A stretch of 64,000 bases of DNA from Pseudomonadales bacterium (lineage in GTDB: Bacteria > Pseudomonadota > Gammaproteobacteria > Pseudomonadales > Azotimanducaceae). Location: assembly GCA_040880285.1 (NCBI GenBank), contig JBBDIT010000055.1:133692-197691 (forward strand), in the 5' to 3' direction. Positions 57,006 through 64,000 of this stretch are shown here, one piece after another. How positions within the stretch are numbered: position 1 is the first letter of the stretch; each line of letters starts with the position of its first letter. The notes beneath the pieces are model-generated. The model had not been told where the DNA came from, made no database searches, and saw only the letters and a list, made by a program, of their open reading frames with translations. Both the position numbers and the translations under genes were made by a program.

Positions 57006-58163
57006 TTACAATGCCGCTGCCAGCGCTTCTGCCTTGTCGGTCTTCTCCCAGGTGAAGTTCGGCTCCTCCCGGCCAAAGTGGCCGTAAGCAGCGGTGGCAC
57101 GGTAGATAGGCCGCTTCAGGTCGAGCATCGCGATGAGTCCCCTGGGTCGCAGGTCGAAATGTTCCCGCACCAGCGCCTCAATCTTCTCATCGGCCAATTT
57201 ACCGGTGCCGAAGGTGTTGATGCTGATTGAAGTAGGCTCGGCCACGCCAATGGCATAGGAAACCTGGATCTCACATCGATCGGCAAGACCGGCGGCAACA
57301 ATATTCTTGGCGACATAGCGCGTGGCGTAGGTTGCGCTACGGTCCACCTTCGACGGATCCTTGCCAGAGAAGGCGCCGCCACCATGACGCGCCATACCGC
57401 CATAGGTATCGACGATGATCTTTCGACCGGTTAGGCCGGCGTCGCCAACAGGCCCACCGATGACGAATTTTCCAGTGGGATTGATGTGGAATTTGGTGCC
57501 GGCATGTAGCCAGTTGGCCGGTAGGACCGGTTTGATGATTTCTTCCATTACCGCTTCTTGCAGGTCTTTTAAGGAGACGTCCTCATCGTGTTGGGTCGAA
57601 AGTACGACCGCGTCGATTGCGACCGGCTGGCCTTTTTCGTCATAACGGAACGAGACCTGGCTCTTTGCATCGGGGCGCAGGAAAGGCAATTTGCCTGATT
57701 TGCGAACTTCGGATTGCTTTTTCACCAGTCGATGGGCGTAGGTAATGGGGGCGGGCATCAAGACGTCAGTTTCATTGGACGCATAACCGAACATCAAGCC
57801 CTGGTCACCAGCCCCTTGTTCGTGGTCGTCCGACTCATCCACGCCCATGGCGATATCCGGTGATTGTTTACCGATGCCGTTTAATACCGCGCAGGATGCG
57901 CCGTCAAAGCCTACCTTTGAACTGTTGTAGCCGATATCGAGAATGACGCCTCTCACCAGGTCTTCCAGATCGACCCAGGCGGTTGTCGTAATCTCCCCTG
58001 CGATCAGTGCCAGCCCGGTTTTCACCAGGGTCTCACATGCAACCCGCGCATTCGGGTCCTCGGCCAATATAGCGTCGAGAATGGCGTCTGAAATTTGGTC
58101 TGCCATTTTGTCAGGGTGGCCTTCAGATACGGATTCGGAGGTAAAAGTTCGATTTATGCTCAT
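57006..58163 (-). CDS. metK: S-adenosylmethionine synthase
   Basis: 385 aa. [41 protein letters not shown]. Confidence 0.96.
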   Translation of the reverse strand: MSINRTFTSESVSEGHPDKMADQISDAILDAILAEDPNARVACETLVKTGLALIAGEITTTAWVDLEDLVRGVILDIGYNSSKVGFDGASCAVLNGIGKQSPDIAMGVDESDDHEQGAGDQGLMFGYASNETDVLMPAPITYAHRLVKKQSEVRKSGKLPFLRPDAKSQVSFRYDEKGQPVAIDAVVLSTQHDEDVSLKDLQEAVMEEIIKPVLPANWLHAGTKFHINPTGKFVIGGPVGDAGLTGRKIIVDTYGGMARHGGGAFSGKDPSKVDRSATYATRYVAKNIVAAGLADRCEIQVSYAIGVAEPTSISINTFGTGKLADEKIEALVREHFDLRPRGLIAMLDLKRPIYRATAAYGHFGREEPNFTWEKTDKAEALAAAL

Positions 58164-58372
58164 TGCCTGTCTTTGGTTATGAAGTTAAGGGCGGGAATTC
58201 TAACGTCTGGAAGGTTTTATTCCCATTACCTGACCGTGATTATGCCTCAAGATGAAGGTTAGTCCGGCTCATGAACCCTTCTGATCCTTATATAGCGGGG
58301 AATGGCTGTTGTTGCGGGCTGGCCTTTAAGGGAAAATAGGCCCCCTCTTCCTCGGGCAATCGGCAGTAAATA

Positions 58373-60379
58373 ATGACTTCACATCGGCAAATGGCGAATG
58401 CAATTCGCGCGCTATCCATGGACGCAGTACAGAAAGCAAAATCAGGACATCCGGGCGCGCCGATGGGGATGGCGGACATTGCAGAGGTTCTCTGGACACA
58501 GTTTCTCAAACACAACCCCCAAAACCCCGGCTGGGTTAACCGCGACAGGTTTGTACTCTCCAACGGCCATGGCTCCATGTTACTTTACTCCCTGCTCCAC
58601 CTGACCGGCTATGCGCTGTCAATGGAGGAGATCAAGAGATTCCGCCAACTGGACTCCATGACCCCTGGCCATCCCGAGTACGGCTACACGCCGGGCATCG
58701 AGACAACCACGGGGCCCCTGGGCCAGGGTCTTGCCAATGCCGTGGGCATGGCGATTGCCGAGAAGGTACTGGCATCCCATTTTAACCGTGTACTCAACGG
58801 CCGCAGATTAGACATAGTGGACCACCGCACGTTTGTATTTGCCGGTGATGGCTGCCTGATGGAAGGCGTATCTCATGAGGCGGCGTCTCTTGCAGGGACT
58901 CTGGGACTGGGTAAATTAACCTGCATCTACGATGACAATGGAATTTCCATCGACGGTGAGGTAGACGGCTGGTTTACCGACGATACCCCGGCGCGGTTTG
59001 AAGCCTACGGCTGGCATGTGATCCGTGATGTCGACGGCCACGACCGTGATGCGATAGCGCGTGCCATCGAAATGGCGACGGGTGAGACCACCAGGCCCTC
59101 GATCCTCTGCTGTAAGACGGTGATTGGGTATGGAGCTCCAACCAAAGCCGGAAAAGCATCCAGCCATGGGGCCCCCCTAGGCGAAGCTGAAATCGAAGGT
59201 GCTCGCAAGGCATTGGACTGGAATTGGGGCCCATTTGAAATCCCCGATGAAATCTATGCCGCCTGGGATTGCTGCAAGAAAGGCGCAGAGATAGAGCGTC
59301 GCTGGCAGCAGCGGTTTGCGGAGTACAGGGACGCGTTTCCTGACGCCGCCCTTGAGTTTGAGCGGCGGATGTCAAAGTCGTTACCCGGCGACTGGTCCAG
59401 CCGCATGGATGGTTTGCTCGCGGAAACCAATGCCAAAGCTGAGACCCTGGCCTCAAGGACCGCATCTTGCAACGTCATTGGTGAAATTTCGAAACTGCTG
59501 CCTGAGCTGACGGGTGGATCTGCTGACCTGTCCGGGTCGAATTGCACACTATGGCCCGAGGCCAAAGCGCTGACACGGGAAGATGCAGACGGCAATTACA
59601 TTTACTACGGTGTGCGTGAATTCGGGATGACCGCCATTGCCAATGGAATGGCCTTGCATGGTGGGCTCATTCCCTTTGCTGGAACCTTTCTGATCTTTAT
59701 GGAATACGCCAGAAATGCGGTGCGCATGTCGGCCCTGATGGGGATCCGTAATATCCTGGTCTATTCCCATGACTCCATCGGCCAGGGAGAAGACGGCCCT
59801 ACCCACCAACCGGTTGAACAGCTCGCAAACCTCCGGGGCACGCCCAATATGTCGGTTTGGCGTCCCTGCGATGCGGTGGAGACCGTGGTTGCCTGGCGTT
59901 GCGCCATTGAGCGCATGCAGGGCCCAACGGCACTGGTATTCTCTCGCCAGAATCTCCCCCATCAGGCACGTGACCCGGACCAGCTGCAAAATATTGTCCG
60001 CGGTGGCTACATCTTGCGTGACGCGGCTACCGAACCCGATGTGATCATTATTGCGACAGGATCTGAAGTGGCGCTCGCGACCGCCGCATTCGACCAATTG
60101 ACTTCTGACGGCGTCCCGGTTCGGGTCGTATCGATGCCCAGTGTCGACACCTTTGAAGCGCAGGACGAGGCGTACAAGGAACGGGTCCTGCCGGACGCGA
60201 AACGAAAAAGGCTTGCGATAGAAGCCGCTCATCCGGATTACTGGCACAAGATCGTGGGACTCGATGGTCGCGTTATCGGGCTATCGAGCTTCGGTGAATC
60301 CGGGCCGGGCGGCGACGTGTTCAGGCACTTTGGATTTACGACCGAAGCCGTAATACAAGCCGTCAAGGAAATGGTGTAG
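58373..60379 (+). CDS. tkt: Transketolase
   Basis: 668 aa. [26 protein letters not shown] and [18 protein letters not shown] motifs. Confidence 0.96.
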   Translation: MTSHRQMANAIRALSMDAVQKAKSGHPGAPMGMADIAEVLWTQFLKHNPQNPGWVNRDRFVLSNGHGSMLLYSLLHLTGYALSMEEIKRFRQLDSMTPGHPEYGYTPGIETTTGPLGQGLANAVGMAIAEKVLASHFNRVLNGRRLDIVDHRTFVFAGDGCLMEGVSHEAASLAGTLGLGKLTCIYDDNGISIDGEVDGWFTDDTPARFEAYGWHVIRDVDGHDRDAIARAIEMATGETTRPSILCCKTVIGYGAPTKAGKASSHGAPLGEAEIEGARKALDWNWGPFEIPDEIYAAWDCCKKGAEIERRWQQRFAEYRDAFPDAALEFERRMSKSLPGDWSSRMDGLLAETNAKAETLASRTASCNVIGEISKLLPELTGGSADLSGSNCTLWPEAKALTREDADGNYIYYGVREFGMTAIANGMALHGGLIPFAGTFLIFMEYARNAVRMSALMGIRNILVYSHDSIGQGEDGPTHQPVEQLANLRGTPNMSVWRPCDAVETVVAWRCAIERMQGPTALVFSRQNLPHQARDPDQLQNIVRGGYILRDAATEPDVIIIATGSEVALATAAFDQLTSDGVPVRVVSMPSVDTFEAQDEAYKERVLPDAKRKRLAIEAAHPDYWHKIVGLDGRVIGLSSFGESGPGGDVFRHFGFTTEAVIQAVKEMV

Positions 60380-61549
60380 ATGCAGGTACTTGATCTTAAG
60401 GGCCAGGCACTTAAGGGGAAGCGGGTACTCATTCGTGAAGACCTGAACGTTCCCATCAAGGCAGGACAGGTAACGAGTGATGCGCGCATACGTGCCGCGT
60501 GGCCAACCATCGAATATGCCATCAATGCAGGGGCGAAGGTTATGGTGATGTCGCACCTGGGTCGCCCGGTGGAGGGTAAATCAATCCTTGCGCAACCGGA
60601 ATTCTCACTGGTGCCAGTGGCCAGGTGTATCGAGAAGTTGACCGGTAAGCGAGTACAGCTTGTCGATGATTATCTCGATGGTTTCGAGTGGCAAGATGCG
60701 GACTTTGTGTTGTTCGAGAATGTCCGTATCAACCAGGGAGAAGCGGCCAACGATGAACGCCTGGCCAGAAAACTGGCAGCGCTTTGCGATCTGTTTGTGA
60801 TGGATGCCTTTGGTACCGCTCACCGGGCCCAGGCCAGCACAGAAGGTGTCGCGCGCTATGCGCCTGTTGCTTGTGCCGGTCCACTTTTGCTGGCAGAACT
60901 CGGGGCCCTGGATAAAGCCTTGTCTAATCCCCGACACCCGGTCGTGGCGGTTGTCGGGGGCAGCAAGGTCTCGACCAAGCTGGAGGTTCTTGATGCGCTC
61001 TCTGGCAAGGTGGATACCTTGATTGTTGGTGGCGGCATTGCCAATACATTCCTCGCGGCAACCGGACATCCGGTTGGCAAATCCTTGTGTGAAAACGATC
61101 TGATCGATTCCGCTAAAGCGTTGTTATCGAAAGTGGATATTCCGATTCCTGTTGATGTTGTCGTGGGTGCGTCGCCTGGCGATACATCCGGAGTAACCAG
61201 GTCAGTCGATGATGTGGGTGAAGCAGATATGATATTAGATATTGGTCCGGTCACCATGGCGCGCGTATGTGACCTGGTCAAAGCTGCTGGGACAATCATC
61301 TGGAATGGTCCGGTCGGTGTTTTCGAAAATGATGCTTTTGGGGAAGGGACGCGAGCACTCAGTGAAGCCATTGCTGAAAGCGACGCATTCTCCCTTGCGG
61401 GTGGTGGCGACACCCTGGCGGCGATTGATAAGTATGATGTTGCTGACCGCATTTCTTATATATCGACCGGTGGCGGTGCGTTCCTGGAGTTTGTTGAGGG
61501 CAAAACATTACCAGCCGTGGCTGCACTTGAGTCACGGTACAACGGATAA
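60380..61549 (+). CDS. pgk: Phosphoglycerate kinase
   Basis: 389 aa. [17 protein letters not shown] and [10 protein letters not shown]. Starts on the base after the tkt stop. Confidence 0.96.
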   Translation: MQVLDLKGQALKGKRVLIREDLNVPIKAGQVTSDARIRAAWPTIEYAINAGAKVMVMSHLGRPVEGKSILAQPEFSLVPVARCIEKLTGKRVQLVDDYLDGFEWQDADFVLFENVRINQGEAANDERLARKLAALCDLFVMDAFGTAHRAQASTEGVARYAPVACAGPLLLAELGALDKALSNPRHPVVAVVGGSKVSTKLEVLDALSGKVDTLIVGGGIANTFLAATGHPVGKSLCENDLIDSAKALLSKVDIPIPVDVVVGASPGDTSGVTRSVDDVGEADMILDIGPVTMARVCDLVKAAGTIIWNGPVGVFENDAFGEGTRALSEAIAESDAFSLAGGGDTLAAIDKYDVADRISYISTGGGAFLEFVEGKTLPAVAALESRYNG

Positions 61550-61563
61550 GTGGAGAAACGGAT

Positions 61564-62628
61564 ATGGCATTAATCAGTATGAGACAACTGTTGGATCATG
61601 CAGCGGAATATAATTACGGGGTGCCGGCGTTCAATGTGAACAACCTGGAACAAATGCGTGCGATTATGGAAGGGGCTGCCCTGACCGACAGCCCCGTCAT
61701 CGTCCAGGCATCGGCCGGTGCTCGTAAATATGCAGGACCGAATTTCTTGCGCCACCTGATTCTCGCAGCAATAGAAGAGTTCCCGGACATTCCCGTTGTC
61801 ATGCACCAGGACCATGGTGCTTCACCGGATGTATGTCAACGCTCCATCCAGTTCGGATTTTCCTCGGTGATGATGGACGGTTCGCTTCTGGAAGACCAGA
61901 AGACCCCGGCGAGCTACGAATACAATATCGATGTCACCCGACGTACTGTGATGATGGCACACGCTTGTGGGGTGACGGTTGAAGGTGAGTTGGGATGTCT
62001 GGGGTCGCTCGAAACCGGCGAGGCGGGAGAAGAGGATGGCGTCGGTGCCGAGGGCAGCCTATCGATGGAGCAACTCCTGACCGACCCGGAACAGGCAGTT
62101 GACTTCATTCGGGAAACAAAATGTGATGCCCTGGCGATTGCCATTGGTACCAGCCACGGCGCCTACAAGTTTACCCGTCCACCGACAGGCGATATTCTGG
62201 CAATCGAGCGCGTCAGGGAAATCCACCAGCGGCTGCCGAACACGCACCTTGTGATGCACGGGTCTTCCAGCGTGCCCCAGGAATGGCTGAAGGTCATCAA
62301 TCAGTACGGTGGTGAAATCAAGGAAACCTATGGCGTCCCGGTTGAGGAGATTCAGGAAGGTATCAAACATGGTGTGCGTAAAGTCAATATTGATACGGAC
62401 TTGCGTCTGGCCTCGACCGGTGCCGTCAGACGGTTCCTTTCGACCAACAAGTCAGAGTTCGATCCACGCAAGTTCTTGACAGCGACGCTTGACGCCATGA
62501 AGGAAATCGTTATTGCACGCTATGAAGCCTTCGGGACGGCAGGCAATGCATCAAAAATCAAACCAGTCTCGCTCGAGGCCATGTCGGAACGATATAGGAC
62601 CGGGGAGCTCGATCCCAAACTCAAGTAG
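61564..62628 (+). CDS. fba: Class II fructose-bisphosphate aldolase (354-aa Calvin-cycle/FbaA subtype)
   Basis: [29 protein letters not shown]. Confidence 0.95.
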   Translation: MALISMRQLLDHAAEYNYGVPAFNVNNLEQMRAIMEGAALTDSPVIVQASAGARKYAGPNFLRHLILAAIEEFPDIPVVMHQDHGASPDVCQRSIQFGFSSVMMDGSLLEDQKTPASYEYNIDVTRRTVMMAHACGVTVEGELGCLGSLETGEAGEEDGVGAEGSLSMEQLLTDPEQAVDFIRETKCDALAIAIGTSHGAYKFTRPPTGDILAIERVREIHQRLPNTHLVMHGSSSVPQEWLKVINQYGGEIKETYGVPVEEIQEGIKHGVRKVNIDTDLRLASTGAVRRFLSTNKSEFDPRKFLTATLDAMKEIVIARYEAFGTAGNASKIKPVSLEAMSERYRTGELDPKLK

Positions 62629-62630
62629 CC

Positions 62631-63557
62631 ATGTTTGACGTATCCGAAGTCAGCCGCTGGCTTGGAGAACACACCGCACCGAGGTGTGCCGATGATAGTA
62701 TTGCCATCGCGCACTATCGAAAATTTTACGATCTGAATATTGAAGGTGCGCGCCACGAAATGGGTCTTTTGCAGGTTGGCGCTGACCAGATCTGTGTCCA
62801 GCGATTTGCTTACAGGCGCGATCCTGTCGGTACCGTATTTGTGCTACACGGATATCTCGATCACAGCGGCCTGCAAAGCAAGATAGTTCGTCGCTTGTTG
62901 CAAAGAGGTTTTGATGTGGTCCTTTACGACCAACCTGGTCATGGCTTGTCGAGTGGTGATCGTGCCAGCATCGACTCGTTCCAGCACTATGTGGATTGCT
63001 TGTCTTCCTGTGTCGCACACTATGCTGGACTATCTACTCCCTACTCGGTAATCGGCCATAGTATGGGTGGCGCCGTATCCATGACCCATCTTCTGCAAGA
63101 GCCTGGTGTGTTTCATCGTGCTGTGCTGGTTGCGCCGCTGTATCGTCCCAGATCCTGGCGCTTGTTGCGCTCGCTTCATGTGGTTGGCCGCAAGTTTGTC
63201 GATCGTCAGCCCCGTCAGTTTATGAAGAACACGATGGATGAAAAATTTATTCACTTTATTCGTGAGATCGATCCGCTGTCGCCGAAAGAAATTCCGACGA
63301 GATGGGTAACCTCCATGTTTGATTGGGTCAAGTATTTCGATACGCTCGGTCAAAGTGATGCGAAGGTCCTCATCGTACAAGGCACTTTAGATGGAACCGT
63401 GGACTGGCGTGGCAACATAAAAATTATCCGGAAAAAATTTGCAAATGTCCGGATCCACCTGGTGGGTGAGGGCAGACATCATCTCTTGAACGAGATCGAT
63501 GAAATCAGCCAACAGGCCTGGGAAGCAATTGATCCATTTTTGGGAGAACACCGGTAG
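62631..63557 (+). CDS. Alpha/beta-fold hydrolase (lysophospholipase/monoacylglycerol-lipase-like)
   Basis: 308 aa. HGYLDHSG oxyanion region, nucleophile elbow GHSMGG, and late D...H (GTLDGTVD, GEGRHHLLNE). Confidence 0.75.
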   Translation: MFDVSEVSRWLGEHTAPRCADDSIAIAHYRKFYDLNIEGARHEMGLLQVGADQICVQRFAYRRDPVGTVFVLHGYLDHSGLQSKIVRRLLQRGFDVVLYDQPGHGLSSGDRASIDSFQHYVDCLSSCVAHYAGLSTPYSVIGHSMGGAVSMTHLLQEPGVFHRAVLVAPLYRPRSWRLLRSLHVVGRKFVDRQPRQFMKNTMDEKFIHFIREIDPLSPKEIPTRWVTSMFDWVKYFDTLGQSDAKVLIVQGTLDGTVDWRGNIKIIRKKFANVRIHLVGEGRHHLLNEIDEISQQAWEAIDPFLGEHR

Positions 63558-64000
63558 TGGCTGCCCCTGAAATTCTCACTGCACTTGCCGACGTTGTCGG
63601 TGAAGACAACCTGTTGGCCGATGATAGTGCCCGCAATCACTACGGCACCGACTGGACCCGATTTTATGACCCTGACCCATTGGCAGTTGTATTTGCCAGG
63701 GATGCGGACCAACTAGTGCGGCTGGTATTGTTTGCGACCGGGCATCAGCTGGCACTGGTACCCTCGGGTGGCAGGACGGGCCTGTCGGCAGGCGCCGTTG
63801 CCGCCAACGGTGAGGTGGTAGTGTCATTCGAGAAAATGAACCGGATACTCGATTTTAATGCTGTAGATGGCACGGTTACCGTCGAGGCCGGTGTCGTTAC
63901 ACAAGCTCTGCAACAATTCGCAGAACAAAAGAGCCTGTACTATCCAGTAGATTTTGCCTCGTCCGGATCGAGTCAGATCGGTGGCAATATTGCGACGAAT
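63557..64000 (+). CDS. FAD-linked oxidase (GlcD / D-2-hydroxyacid dehydrogenase family), N-terminal fragment running off the window
   Basis: Not in ORF track (no stop in window). GTG at 63557 overlaps the hydrolase TAG by one base. My translation, VAAPEILTALADVVGEDNLL...NHYGTDWTRFY...LALVPSGGRTGLSAGAVA...VTVEAGVVTQALQQFA...YYPVDFASSGSSQIGGNIATN, is a typical FAD_binding_4 (PCMH) domain. Confidence 0.8.
   Translation, partial: MAAPEILTALADVVGEDNLLADDSARNHYGTDWTRFYDPDPLAVVFARDADQLVRLVLFATGHQLALVPSGGRTGLSAGAVAANGEVVVSFEKMNRILDFNAVDGTVTVEAGVVTQALQQFAEQKSLYYPVDFASSGSSQIGGNIATN

Noticed and set aside
58164-58372. The 209-nt region upstream of metK, examined for a SAM riboswitch (SAM-II, SAM/SAH, SAM-V types).
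   Set aside because: I could not find the conserved pseudoknot/hairpin cores of these classes by eye. Only short 5-6-bp stems are present (GGGAAT/ATTCCC, GGCCT/AGGCC). The region also has to hold the divergent tkt promoter. An Infernal/Rfam scan would settle it.
59549-61452. Long minus-strand ORFs 59549..60247 (232 aa) and 60856..61452 (198 aa).
   Set aside because: They are fully embedded antisense in tkt and pgk, both of which show canonical motifs. The translated sequences are Arg/Ser/Pro-rich with no recognisable domain.

Overview
This is a densely packed 64-kb piece of a gammaproteobacterial chromosome, with GC in the mid-50s % by eye and no long non-coding stretches. The gene order resembles Pseudomonas/Cellvibrionales-type genomes but is more compact.

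I call 64 protein-coding genes. Two are cut by the window edges (pstA at the left, an FAD-linked oxidase at the right). One, rpmG, is missing from the ORF track because it is under 60 aa.

By eye I see no rRNA, tRNA, CRISPR array, transposase, integrase or phage gene, and no recognisable defence, toxin-antitoxin or restriction locus.

Left to right the window holds:
- pstA'-pstC-pstS (minus strand), divergent from a porin
- a roughly 7-kb less conserved segment: M42-like peptidase, collagen-repeat/beta-helix secreted protein, acidic lipoprotein, kynureninase-like PLP enzyme, small helical protein
- recG-ridA-spoT-rpoZ-gmk-yicC
- rph-pyrE-DUF4124
- slmA-argB-algC-dut-coaBC
- radC-rpmB-rpmG
- an orphan hyuA-like gene, then mutM and a small membrane protein
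- coaD-rsmD, ftsYEX-rpoH-DUF423-trmB, and a small pentapeptide-like orphan
- hemW-rdgB-DUF4426-yggT-proC-yggS
- pilT-pilU and ruvX-algH-tonB-gshB
- the Pil-Chp chemosensory cluster pilG-pilH-pilI-pilJ-chpA-chpC
- rsmE, metK-metF, tkt-pgk-fba, an alpha/beta hydrolase and the FAD-linked oxidase

I cannot defend any locus here as a demonstrably new multi-gene system. The best candidates for novelty are:
- the secreted collagen-stalk/beta-helix protein plus acidic lipoprotein pair (4801-7707)
- the reduced Chp cluster, which lacks pilK and chpB, and whose ChpA carries a tandemly duplicated linker+Hpt module and three EPSA-type repeat arrays
- the membrane sensor-like N-terminal half of AlgC
- a roughly 160-nt nested inverted-repeat element between the DUF4124 gene and slmA
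- a perfect 4 x 9-bp in-frame repeat inside hemW
- several phased direct repeats in promoter regions

The ORF track translates TTG/GTG starts as M. I trimmed several N-termini to conserved ATG/GTG starts where family knowledge supports it.
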